Assembly: GCA_964353775.1 (NCBI GenBank)
Contig: CAYGWB010000002.1
Span: 69,185 to 133,184 of the forward strand
Reading direction: 5' to 3'
DNA length: 64,000 nt
DNA from: an uncultured archaeon
GTDB taxonomy: Archaea > Aenigmatarchaeota > Aenigmatarchaeia > Aenigmatarchaeales > JAHLMS01
Positions 17,544-26,648 of the stretch are shown here, piece by piece. Below the pieces are notes generated by a model that did not search any database, had not been told where the DNA came from, and worked only from the letters and a program-made list of their open reading frames with translations. The position numbers and the translations under genes are program-made. Position 1 is the first letter of the stretch, and every line of letters starts with the position of its first letter.

Positions 17544-18266
17544 TCAAACTATGCCATCTTTTGAATCGGCAAGAATTTTCTTCAGTTCCGATATCTCCTT
17601 GACCTTATAGTCGAACTTTTCCACAGGTTTAGGGTATTTGAAATTCGGATAGGTCAGCACCCAACAGACATCGATGCCGAGCTTCTTTGCATAGGCATCC
17701 TCGTCCAGCCTGTCGCCGACCATCAGGCACTCCGACGGTTTCAGCTTCATCTTTCGCATGGCGATCCTGAACGGCGTCAGGTCGGACTTCTTCGAGCCTA
17801 TGTCACCTGACACCAGAATCAGGTCGAAGTATTTGCATATGCCGAACTTCTTCATCTTGCGCGGCATGACGTTCGCCCAGCCGTTCGATATCAATACAAT
17901 CTTCATCCCTTTGCGTTTGATGTACGCGAGCACTTCCTTGGAATGCGGATAGAGCTTGACATTCTTCAGGTAAAATTTGATGTAGTCATCAAAGTCCTGC
18001 AGTGCCTGCTTCTTTGAAATTCTTATCCCGAGCCCGCGGCCGATCAACATCGGGCGCAGTTCCGGACGCCCTCTTGCTGACGCCCTGTAGTTGTCCATCA
18101 TCTTTTCCACCTTACGGACGACTACAAGGAAGTCCTTGTACGAACCTATGTACCCTCTGGAGCGCCACATCGGAAGGTTGAACTTGTGATGGATGTCCCT
18201 CTCGACCGGAGTGGTGTCGGCCAACGTACCGCCGAAGTCAAAGAACACCGCCTTGTATTTTTGCAT
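17544..18266 (-). CDS. HAD-superfamily hydrolase
   Basis: 'AVFFDFGGTL', 'LISNG', 'MVGDRLDEDA'; start set at MQKYK. Confidence 0.85.
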   Translation of the reverse strand: MQKYKAVFFDFGGTLADTTPVERDIHHKFNLPMWRSRGYIGSYKDFLVVVRKVEKMMDNYRASARGRPELRPMLIGRGLGIRISKKQALQDFDDYIKFYLKNVKLYPHSKEVLAYIKRKGMKIVLISNGWANVMPRKMKKFGICKYFDLILVSGDIGSKKSDLTPFRIAMRKMKLKPSECLMVGDRLDEDAYAKKLGIDVCWVLTYPNFKYPKPVEKFDYKVKEISELKKILADSKDGIV

Positions 18267-18324
18267 AATAGCTATTCGGTTCTGTGATTTAAGTTTAAAT
18301 ACTTGGCACTTCTCGTTCTTCTTA

Positions 18325-18953
18325 TGCAAGAAGTCCGATATTTTGGTGACAATACAATCGAGTACGACGACGCAGGAATCAGGCATCCGGTGCTCGGAAA
18401 GCTGAGGCACAACGACAACTCCGTGAAGCGGATGGAACTGATATACGTCATGATGAACGCCCAGCGACTCCTCGAAGGCGAATTCCGGTATGTTGACATT
18501 GAAAAATGGAAGAGGAAGAGGCGGGTCACGGCCTGCGAGGATTCGATAGACAACAGACGTTTATTTCCCATTACCATGGTGCCTATGAAATGCAAACTGC
18601 TTGAAAGGGAGACGTGGGAGCACACGTATGATGCGAGGTTCGAGGTCGACTATCCTGGCGAACGGGTCTTCATGAAGGACGTTGACGTTGGCTACTACAA
18701 GCACGGTTACGCCCCGATCGAGAACAAAAGACTGCACACGTTCCTGAATGTGATAAGCCTAAATATTAGGGAGCTGCCAGACTATGAGTATGGAAAAAAC
18801 GATGCTGATGTCGAGCGGCAAGTGCGCGTGGGGGGAGTGCTTCGCGTGCGGATGGGGCAGGATGACGGGGCCGCCGCCGTCCATGCACAGGCTGAAAGAT
18901 ATCATAGACGAGAAGTTCCGAGAGCTCAGAAAGGAAAAGATTTCCAGGCTTAA
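18325..18953 (+). CDS. Hypothetical protein (3' end overlaps the next gene)
   Basis: ORF fills the 18325-18780 gap, TTTAAA box upstream; the last ~56 codons overlap the radical SAM gene. Confidence 0.4.
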
Positions 18954-20079
18954 GATTTTCGCTTCCGGCTCTTTCTTGGACGACAAGCAGTTCCCGGCAA
19001 CGATCAGAAGGTATATTGCCAAAAAGTGCCTGGAGCAGGACATACACGAGCTGACGGTCGAGTCGAGGCCGGAGTTCGTCACGGCCGAACGGTTGGCCGA
19101 TTTCAAGAACATCAATCTTACGGTCGCGATCGGGCTGGAGGTCGCTGATAACGAGCTTCTGAAAAAATATCGCAAGGGGTTCACGACAGAAGACTTTGCG
19201 AAGGCAGCTGAGACCTTGCATGCCGCCGGCTGCAAGGCACGTACGTACCTGATGGTGGGCATTCCGTTCGCGGCCGACCAGGCGGCTACGACGAAAAGAT
19301 CGGTGGAGTTCGCGCGCAAGTACTCGGACAGCATCGTCCTGATAAACACGTTCCCGCATTCTGCCGCTCCGATATTCGACCTGTGGGTCAGCGGAAAGTG
19401 GAGACCGCTCGATAAAAGACAGTTCGCGGATATCATCAAGAACTATCCGGACTGCGAAACGGAATTCAACAATTTCGCGTTCGTGCCGAAGTTCCACAGG
19501 GAGAAGCAGGAAAAAATAAAGGGCGCGACCGAGAAGGAACTCCTGCACCCGCACTTCGAGCTGTGGCAGGACTACTTCGCCAGGTTCTACGAGCCTCCGG
19601 CCGGGCTGGAGGTCGCATTGTTCGTCCCGTGCGCGTTCAGGAAGCCCTACCGTTTCAGCCAGCTGCACAAGGCGATATTCGGTGTGCTGGAGAAGCTGAA
19701 GGTTTTCAGTCGGCTGCACGTAATAGTCATCAGCTCGCCCGGTGTGATACCGTACGAGTTCTCCAATCACTATCCGTTCACGAGCTACGACTGGCCTGAG
19801 TGGGAGGAGACGCCCGAGATAAAGAAAAGATATATCGAAGTGACGCAAGCACGCATTGAGAAATATTTCCATGCTCATGGAAAGCACTATAAGAAGTTCT
19901 ACAACTTCTTCAAGCCTGATTCAGAAAGCTACACTGCCTTGGCATCCGCATGCAAGAAACTGGATATAGAACTGATCGACTGTCTGGGTGAAAAAACTTA
20001 CGAGAGCATAAAGGACCAGAAGAACCCGCTGACGAACGAACAGGCGCTCGCCGACCTGAAGAACGCGCTCGATCAGTGA
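18784..20079 (+). CDS. Fusion of archaeosine radical SAM enzyme (RaSEA-like) and ArcS-like DUF5591 domain
   Basis: N-half: 'CAWGECFACG', 'KIFASGSFLD', 'VESRPEFV', 'AIGLE..KGFT'; C-half: 'YEPP..ALFVPCAFRKPYRFSQLH..VISSPGVIPYE..YPF..YD'. Confidence 0.85.
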   Translation: MSMEKTMLMSSGKCAWGECFACGWGRMTGPPPSMHRLKDIIDEKFRELRKEKISRLKIFASGSFLDDKQFPATIRRYIAKKCLEQDIHELTVESRPEFVTAERLADFKNINLTVAIGLEVADNELLKKYRKGFTTEDFAKAAETLHAAGCKARTYLMVGIPFAADQAATTKRSVEFARKYSDSIVLINTFPHSAAPIFDLWVSGKWRPLDKRQFADIIKNYPDCETEFNNFAFVPKFHREKQEKIKGATEKELLHPHFELWQDYFARFYEPPAGLEVALFVPCAFRKPYRFSQLHKAIFGVLEKLKVFSRLHVIVISSPGVIPYEFSNHYPFTSYDWPEWEETPEIKKRYIEVTQARIEKYFHAHGKHYKKFYNFFKPDSESYTALASACKKLDIELIDCLGEKTYESIKDQKNPLTNEQALADLKNALDQ

Positions 20080-20083
20080 TAAG

Positions 20084-20296
20084 CTACAATTTGTAAAGCA
20101 AATCGAAGGTTAAATCCACGGTGTCTTCGCTGAAGCCGCAGTACAGCGGCCGTTTGCGCTCCTTCAACCGATTGTAGACGTTTCTGCACGCAGATGCAGT
20201 ATAGAAAACTGTGAAGCCCGGCCCGAATAATGGATGTATGATCAGCGTCGGCGTTGCTGCGACTGCCTTCATCTCTTTTATGGCTTTTGTTGTCAT
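20084..20296 (-). CDS. Small hypothetical protein
   Basis: 70-aa ORF in an intergenic gap. Confidence 0.4.
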   Translation of the reverse strand: MTTKAIKEMKAVAATPTLIIHPLFGPGFTVFYTASACRNVYNRLKERKRPLYCGFSEDTVDLTFDLLYKL

Positions 20297-20322
20297 GTCT
20301 GAGAAAGGGGATAATTATGTAT

Positions 20323-20550
20323 TTAAGCTTTTGTCGACGGGACGGCGCCGTGTATTTTTTCCCTGAGATGCTCGCGCACCTGGTCGCTGTTGAGGTTCTT
20401 CTGCTCACAAAAGAAGTCGTACATGATGCCGGACGAGTGGCATTTCATGTTGTCTATCTCGCATCTGTGTGGGTGGTAAGCCGGACACAGTGACACGTTC
20501 TGAGCCGTCTGTTCTGGTCGCAGCCTATACTCGTCCGTGTTTCCCATCAA
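20323..20550 (-). CDS. Small Cys/His-containing hypothetical protein
   Basis: 75 aa, GAGGCGG RBS-like sequence upstream. Confidence 0.4.
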   Translation of the reverse strand: MMGNTDEYRLRPEQTAQNVSLCPAYHPHRCEIDNMKCHSSGIMYDFFCEQKNLNSDQVREHLREKIHGAVPSTKA

Positions 20551-20641
20551 TCCGCCTCAGAAATAATTGGTATAAAAAACTTATATTTAGATACTTTCTG
20601 CCATTGAAAGTGTTTAAATCCTTTTGTGTTCAACTGCCTTA

Positions 20642-21562
20642 ATGCGTCTCGACAAAAACGAGCAATATGGTTTTATCAGAAGACTCTATAAGGAGCACCA
20701 TGATGCGCCGAGAGACTATATTTTGGGCCATTTCGAAATTGGTAAGGGTGTGATGAAAAACTGGAGACGCGCGTGGAGGGAAAAGAGAGACTATATTGAT
20801 TTTCAGAAAAGCAAACCGATGGAAAAGGACAGGTATGATGAGCTGAAGCCTGAATTCGTTTATGAGTACACGCTTGACGTTATGCCGAAAATAATGGCCA
20901 TCGATATCATCAAAAGGCACCGTGAGCGCGGCCTGAACAAGAAAATATACGCCAACGACATAAACGAAGCGTTGTCCGCGCATTTCAACAAGAATATAGA
21001 ACTACCAGGGCGCACCCTGTGGGACTGGTCGAACGGATGCCAGCCCGATGACGTAAAAAGAAAGCTCATAAATGAAGAGCTTTGCAAAACAGAATTCTCG
21101 ATACTTGAGACGGAACTGACAGCGACGCATTGGCGCTATCATTACGTGCGCGAGGCAGTGGAAAGGAACGGCGCGGCCAGCGGAATATACCGCACACTCA
21201 TGATGCAACTAGGCGAGCCTTACGACAGGTTGCGCGGCTGGGTGTACAAGGGAAACGGACATTGTATGGCAAAATCTTTCCGAGATAATGAACTGGTCGA
21301 TGAAATATACGCAATTGCGTGCGAAGACGCTGACAAGACAGAGGCGGCCATGCGAGAAACTGCCGGACTCGGACGGAAGGTGTACAGCACCGTCGCCTAC
21401 GCCTTCAATCTCAAATATTCCAGGTTGGACAATACATTATCTGCTGATCTGGAAAATTTTGTTGGCCATGAATGTGCAAATATGAGCGAGAACGCGCAAA
21501 AAAGGATATTAAATTACTCAATCGATCAATTGAAAGCGTCGAACCTGGGATTCAAGATTTAA
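20642..21562 (+). CDS. Hypothetical protein with repeated HTH-like segments
   Basis: 'FEIGKGVMKNW', 'IELPGRTLWDW', 'LGEPYDRLRGW' resemble HTH recognition helices. Confidence 0.6.
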   Translation: MRLDKNEQYGFIRRLYKEHHDAPRDYILGHFEIGKGVMKNWRRAWREKRDYIDFQKSKPMEKDRYDELKPEFVYEYTLDVMPKIMAIDIIKRHRERGLNKKIYANDINEALSAHFNKNIELPGRTLWDWSNGCQPDDVKRKLINEELCKTEFSILETELTATHWRYHYVREAVERNGAASGIYRTLMMQLGEPYDRLRGWVYKGNGHCMAKSFRDNELVDEIYAIACEDADKTEAAMRETAGLGRKVYSTVAYAFNLKYSRLDNTLSADLENFVGHECANMSENAQKRILNYSIDQLKASNLGFKI

Positions 21563-22850
21563 TCGGCATGCCGTTCTTCATTACAAGTCTTCGGTCCGCC
21601 CACATGTTGCCGTTCCTTCCTTTCATGATCTTGATCATATCGAGGTGTGAGCTGGCGATGTTCTTTCCGTGGTAGGCGCCGGTGTTGTTTCCGATGGCGA
21701 TGTGAATCGAGCCGAATATCTTCTCGTCGACGATCGTCTCGCCGATGAAGGCGGCCGCCGGGTTCGTTCCGATGCCCAGTTCTGCTATGCGGTCCTTCTC
21801 GCCGGTGTTGCTGTCCAAGAACTTCTTGAACTTTTTCGCTCCGTCTCCGGGAGCTGAGTACTTGACAACTTTGCCGTCCTTGAACGTGATCTTAAGCTTC
21901 TTTACGAATCCGTAGCCATGCGTCACGACGTAATCGAATACTATCGTTCCGTTGGCGGAATACTCGAGCGGAGCAAGAAAGACCTCGCCGTCCGGGATGT
22001 TGAGACCGATGTCTCCGTTGCGCAGATCGTGCGCATCAATCACTCCGTCCGCCAGAAGCACAGGTCTGCCCTTGATAGAAAACGTCAGGTTTGTGCCGTC
22101 ATCGGATTTAATTGTTATTTTGTCCGTGTTCGCAAGCGCCTTTTTGTAATATTTGCACAGTTGCCTGACCTTCGGAGTGAACGTCTCGGCTATCGAGTCC
22201 AAGAAGACCTTCCTGTATTTTGCCGGGCTCACGAGGTATTCCTTCTTGTGGACGGGCCAGCCGAAGAGGCACCAACGCATCTTTCGCTTGTCCATTATCT
22301 GGTGCAGTTTGCTCGAGCCTGGCGCTCCGAGCTTCTCCTTCACCTCAAGACCGCGCACCCAGTTGTCGTCCTCATCACCGCCAAGGAAAATTCTGGCGTC
22401 GAACGTCTGGGCCGTGAGCTTTGCGGAAAGCGGCAGTTCTGCCGCGGTATCCCACGGCATCAGTTTCAGGTGCGCCCTGCTGTCGGCCGAACTATACGGT
22501 ATTGTCGCTATGTGAACGCCCCTTTTCCACGCCTCCTGTTTTATCAGGCGGGCCAGCTCGACGCATTCCGGCTCATTATCACTATATGTCATCCGGACGA
22601 GCTCGCCTACGGTCTTCTTGACGAAATATTTCTTCCCGCGCTTCACGAGCAGAGGGCCGTAGTCCGTGTCAGCCAGCTTTTGGAGCAGCTTCTTGTTCTT
22701 AAATCTGGTCGGGTCGATGTATTTTTTGGAAACTATCTTATCGACCGCCTTGCCGTACCGTTTGCGTGCCAGTGCAATCCCAGGATTCGGCTTGCGACCG
22801 ACAGGTATTGACTTGGCGAGAAGGTCGTGCGCGACTGTTTTCAAATTCAT
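21552..22850 (-). CDS. Aminopeptidase, M29 family
   Basis: 'NIPDGEVFLAP', 'IAELGIGTN', 'DEKIFGSIHIAIG', 'SSHLD'. Confidence 0.9.
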   Translation of the reverse strand: MNLKTVAHDLLAKSIPVGRKPNPGIALARKRYGKAVDKIVSKKYIDPTRFKNKKLLQKLADTDYGPLLVKRGKKYFVKKTVGELVRMTYSDNEPECVELARLIKQEAWKRGVHIATIPYSSADSRAHLKLMPWDTAAELPLSAKLTAQTFDARIFLGGDEDDNWVRGLEVKEKLGAPGSSKLHQIMDKRKMRWCLFGWPVHKKEYLVSPAKYRKVFLDSIAETFTPKVRQLCKYYKKALANTDKITIKSDDGTNLTFSIKGRPVLLADGVIDAHDLRNGDIGLNIPDGEVFLAPLEYSANGTIVFDYVVTHGYGFVKKLKITFKDGKVVKYSAPGDGAKKFKKFLDSNTGEKDRIAELGIGTNPAAAFIGETIVDEKIFGSIHIAIGNNTGAYHGKNIASSHLDMIKIMKGRNGNMWADRRLVMKNGMPIKS

Positions 22851-23887
22851 GGAATCAACCTACGGGGATAGTTCGTTAGTAGTTTGAGGCCTTTCCTTGT
22901 TAATAAAAACATGTCCTCTACGCGTATACCGCCCCAGCCGCTGAAATAGAGGCCCGGCTCGACGGTGAAAATCATGCCAGACTTCAGCCTGTCCTTGGAC
23001 CGCTTGGAAAGGGACGGACTCTCGTGAATCTCAACACCCGTGCCGTGCCCAAGGCTGTGCGTGAACGCCTTGCCCAGACCGAGCTTGCGCGCGACGTCAC
23101 GTGCTGCGCGGTCGACCGCGGCAGCCTGCGCTCCGACCTTCACTTTCTTCAGCGCGGCCGCCCGCATGGCTAGAACAGTGTTGTAGACCTTTCTTTCCTT
23201 CTGGCCGGGCTTCAGACAGAACGTTCTCGTCATGTCAGAACAGAGCCCTTCGACCTGCGCGCCGATGTCGATTATCACCAGGTCCTTCTGTCCGATCTTC
23301 CGGTCGCTGACACCCATATGAGGGCTCGCGCATCTGTCGCCCGAGGCGACTATGCTGTCGAAAGAATATCGGTCGGCTCCGGCGCGGCGCATCGTCGATT
23401 CTGCGACCGCCGCCAGCTGGCGCTCCGTGACGCCAGGTCTGATCGCCTTGGCGACCGCCTTCATACCGGAAACAACTATGTTCGCGGCCTTGATCGTCTT
23501 TTTGATCTCGCCGCATGTTTTCACGCTCCGCATGCGTGTGAAGATGTCTGACGCTGGAACGAGCTTTCCTTTTATAATTTTTTGTATTCTTTTCATCATG
23601 CTGACAGAAATCTCATCATCCTCATAGCCTATGCGGCTCCTGCCGGTCATCTTTGCGACCGTGCGCCACCATTTGTGGCTTATTTTCAATAAGAAAGTTT
23701 TAGGTATCCTGGCATGCTCGAACTCCGTGCTGATTATGGTCGGCTCTCCTCTTGCAGGGATGACCAGGAGCGCCCCCAGCTCCCATTCGCCGGTGAGCCA
23801 CAGGAGATTCGGTTTGCTGCTCACAATAAGAAAATCGAGCTTGCGGGCTCGCAGCGCGCGCTGCAGCTCGGAAATGCGGTTGTCCAT
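22847..23887 (-). CDS. Xaa-Pro peptidase, M24 family
   Basis: 'IDIGA..CSDMTRT', 'HSLGHGTGVEIHE', 'TVEPGLY', 'GIRVED'. Confidence 0.93.
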   Translation of the reverse strand: MDNRISELQRALRARKLDFLIVSSKPNLLWLTGEWELGALLVIPARGEPTIISTEFEHARIPKTFLLKISHKWWRTVAKMTGRSRIGYEDDEISVSMMKRIQKIIKGKLVPASDIFTRMRSVKTCGEIKKTIKAANIVVSGMKAVAKAIRPGVTERQLAAVAESTMRRAGADRYSFDSIVASGDRCASPHMGVSDRKIGQKDLVIIDIGAQVEGLCSDMTRTFCLKPGQKERKVYNTVLAMRAAALKKVKVGAQAAAVDRAARDVARKLGLGKAFTHSLGHGTGVEIHESPSLSKRSKDRLKSGMIFTVEPGLYFSGWGGIRVEDMFLLTRKGLKLLTNYPRRLIP

Positions 23888-23925
23888 GCTGATTTAATCT
23901 AGTGGCCAAAAGAAAAAGGCCACCG

Positions 23926-25128
23926 TCAGCTCAAATCAGCCGCCGTAACGACCTGGGTGTTCTCAGGCACGCTGCGTACGCTGCTCTTCATCGCGGCTAT
24001 CAGCTTGACTCCTCGCTGCGCGGCAAAGTTGACCAACCGTTGGTCGGCCTCACCATCCAGCACGAGTATGTCCGCTTGCAGCTCGCGCAAAGCGTTGAAG
24101 ACCTCGCGGAGCGGAACCTTGCCGATTATGTCTCCGCCTTCCTTCATCAGGTAGGCAGCTCGCGTTCCGGTCAGCTCCTCCAAGGTGCTTCTCAGCAGCT
24201 CGGCCTTGCCAGGTTCGAACTTACGGGTAGGCCTGCGCTCCTCGCGCCTTTCCGAACGTTCAGCGCGTTCCGGCCTCTCAGGGCGTTCGGGACGCTCGCC
24301 GTTCTCGGAAATCATCTTCGCCTGATCGAGCGGAACATGGTCGCGCAGGGACTTGAAGAGCTCCTTCTTGGTCAGCTCCTCGACCTCCTTGCCGCGCGGC
24401 GCGCGTGCAACGAAATCTATCTCCGAAGTGGCCATCAGCTCTTTCAAGATAAGGTCCCCGCCTCGGTCGCCGTCCAGGAAGACTGTCACTTCTTTCTGCT
24501 TGGTCAGCTCCGCAACAGCCGGCGGCACGGACGTGCCCTCGATGGCTACGACGTTCTTGATTCCGTGCTTGAGCAGATGGATGACATCTGCGCGCCCCTC
24601 GACTATGACTATGCTGTCATAGTTCTCTATTGCCGGGCCGGCCGGCAGCCCTTGCCAGCTCGTTATCTCCGCTCCACGCACGGACTCCTTCAGTTCTTCA
24701 GCAAGCTGAGCGACCTCCGGAATGCCCTCTTCGAATATCTTCGCAAGCAGTTCCTTCGCCCTTGTGACCACGTACTGTCTCTTCACCGAACGGACGTCCT
24801 CGATCTTGTCTATCAACAATCGTGAGTTCGCCGGTCCGATCCGTTCGATGGTCTCTATGCAAGCGGCTATCAGAGCCGTTTCCGTGCTGTCCAAAGAACT
24901 CGGTATCATTATCGTTCCTGAAGTCTTCCCGCCTTTCGTGTTCAACTCGACGTCTATTCGGCCTATTCGGCCGGTCCTTTGCAGTTCGCGCAGGTCCATG
25001 TCCGGTCCGAGCAGACCTTCGGTCTGTCCGAAGACGGCGCCGATCACGTCCGGCTTCTCAACCGTTCCGTCGGCCTCGAACTTCGCGAATATCGTGTATT
25101 TTGAAGCAGCCTGTGCTAGCTTCGCCAT
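23926..25128 (-). CDS. dnaG: Archaeal DnaG-like (TOPRIM) protein
   Basis: 'VEKPDVIGAVFGQTEGLLG', 'VEGRADV', 'FLDGDRGG', 'GKEVEEL'. Confidence 0.95.
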   Translation of the reverse strand: MAKLAQAASKYTIFAKFEADGTVEKPDVIGAVFGQTEGLLGPDMDLRELQRTGRIGRIDVELNTKGGKTSGTIMIPSSLDSTETALIAACIETIERIGPANSRLLIDKIEDVRSVKRQYVVTRAKELLAKIFEEGIPEVAQLAEELKESVRGAEITSWQGLPAGPAIENYDSIVIVEGRADVIHLLKHGIKNVVAIEGTSVPPAVAELTKQKEVTVFLDGDRGGDLILKELMATSEIDFVARAPRGKEVEELTKKELFKSLRDHVPLDQAKMISENGERPERPERPERAERSERREERRPTRKFEPGKAELLRSTLEELTGTRAAYLMKEGGDIIGKVPLREVFNALRELQADILVLDGEADQRLVNFAAQRGVKLIAAMKSSVRSVPENTQVVTAADLS

Positions 25129-25179
25129 ATTGATCATCTCCTTTGATTATCGTTTTCATTTTTTCACTGTCTATTTTCT

Positions 25180-25333
25180 TAGAAAGAGGCCCAGTCCTTA
25201 ACGCATCTGGCGTCTATATCGTATTTAGGACGCCGTACGCCCTTGCTTGCGGAATAACCCGCTTGATTATGATATGAGACTGAAAGGACCGAGCGTTCGT
25301 TGATGTAAAGGGCTCGTTCCGTACCTCTTTCTA
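25180..25333 (-). ncRNA. Structured RNA upstream of dnaG (tentatively HgcC-like)
   Basis: 10-bp closing stem TAGAAAGAGG/CCTCTTTCTA, internal stems CAGTC/GACTG, GGCGTC/GACGCC, GCGG/CCGC, GGAcCGAGC/GCTCGtTCC; TTTAAATA box ~20-25 nt upstream on the minus strand. The family name is from memory and unverified. Confidence 0.65.
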
Positions 25334-25369
25334 CAGATAGTTGCTTTTCACGTTATTTAAACGTATCTT

Positions 25370-25765
25370 TTAGAACTTGACGCACGTGAGCGCCATCGTG
25401 TTTATGACGCCGGGCACTTCGCGGAGAACGTCAGAAATGTAGGTGCCCACCGCACGAAAGTCCTTACCGCTGACCTTGACTACCAGATCGTACTCTCCGA
25501 ATAGCGGGGTCAACTCCTCTATATGGGCCTCCACTCCCTTAAGCGCCAAATATTCGCCGTAAAGGTTATCTCCCACAGTTTTCCGCAAAGCTTCCATACG
25601 TGTCGGATCCTTCTCCAGTTTCTGTATATTTTCCAATATTTGATAAGCCTCATGCTCTTTGGCCGGAGCAGAGGAAATGAGCACAAATGACAATGTATCG
25701 TACATCGTGGGTTCTCCGTTTTTTTCCTGTGTCTCGGGCTTCTTCGGGGTGCTTTCATTTGGCAT
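25370..25765 (-). CDS. Lrp/AsnC ligand-binding (RAM) domain protein with an insertion
   Basis: 'FVLISSAPAKEHEAY...LFGEYDLVVKV...ISDVLREVPGVINTMAL'. Confidence 0.8.
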   Translation of the reverse strand: MPNESTPKKPETQEKNGEPTMYDTLSFVLISSAPAKEHEAYQILENIQKLEKDPTRMEALRKTVGDNLYGEYLALKGVEAHIEELTPLFGEYDLVVKVSGKDFRAVGTYISDVLREVPGVINTMALTCVKF

Positions 25766-25816
25766 GAAAAATAACCGAGAGAAAAGGATTTAAAGGTTTA
25801 AAATCTGTTATTGGCT

Positions 25817-26053
25817 ATGGAGCGCAATGAATGGGCATCGAACGCGATTTCGTCCGTAAAGGACGTCCTGAAGGATGAGCATGACATACTCGCCAGCTAT
25901 CTCTTCCCTGTGGTATCTCCGTTGTTTCTTTGCATGGGACTATTTTCAGCCTATCGCGGAGATATGGAGAATGCGAAAATGGGGTTTGAGGTAGGCGCGG
26001 GCGCCGGTGGCTATTCTCTGATATCCAAATTGTACGGAAAAATGAGCAGATGA
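25817..26053 (+). CDS. Small membrane protein, hypothetical
   Basis: Two hydrophobic segments in 78 aa. Confidence 0.45.
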   Translation: MERNEWASNAISSVKDVLKDEHDILASYLFPVVSPLFLCMGLFSAYRGDMENAKMGFEVGAGAGGYSLISKLYGKMSR

Positions 26054-26057
26054 TACT

Positions 26058-26606
26058 CTAGAGCTCGGCTGCCTCGTTCTTGCAGGCATCACAGACCCAT
26101 CGGTCGTTGATGTAATGCAGGTTCTCAGAATAGTTAGCGCACAGTTCGCAGTCGCCGGAATTGAACTCCTCTATCCCAGAACCGGGCTCTACCAAGGTTA
26201 GACGCTCGCGCAGGATCTCTATGCAAGCGGGGGCGACCCTCGCTATCTCCCGGTCGGACAGAATGCCGACCAGCTTGCCCATCTGAACGACAGGTAGACG
26301 CTCGAAGCCGTGCTTGGCCATCACTCTCGCAGCATCGGCCATGTCGTCGTCCGGCGAGCAGGTTATGACGTCGTAGGACATTATCTCCTTGATCATCATT
26401 TTGGACGCTGTCTTGTCGTCCGCCACGACCTTGTTGACTATGTCTTCCCTGGTCACGATTCCGACCGGCCTGCTGCCTTCGCAGACGACCACCATGCCGA
26501 CATCCTCGTCGCGCATGGCCTTGCTGGCCATCGTAACAGTGTCGCTCGGCTTGGCCGAAACGACCGTGCTTATCATGGCTTCCGACACTTTGATTCCAGT
26601 TGGCAT
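26058..26606 (-). CDS. CBS-pair protein with C-terminal Zn ribbon
   Basis: Two CBS repeats, then 'GDCELC...VCDAC'. Confidence 0.9.
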   Translation of the reverse strand: MPTGIKVSEAMISTVVSAKPSDTVTMASKAMRDEDVGMVVVCEGSRPVGIVTREDIVNKVVADDKTASKMMIKEIMSYDVITCSPDDDMADAARVMAKHGFERLPVVQMGKLVGILSDREIARVAPACIEILRERLTLVEPGSGIEEFNSGDCELCANYSENLHYINDRWVCDACKNEAAEL

Positions 26607-26648
26607 GGTGAGAATATGTCACATGATTATTTAAAGGTTTTGCGCGGT

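Noticed and set aside
18766..19887. 373-aa minus-strand ORF (likewise 23902-24825, 21918-22811, 29320-30060, 59144-60175)
   Set aside because: Antisense shadows of well-supported genes in GC-rich coding DNA.
24230..24305. ERP/ERA tandem repeat in dnaG
   Set aside because: Low-complexity charged linker between domains; ordinary.
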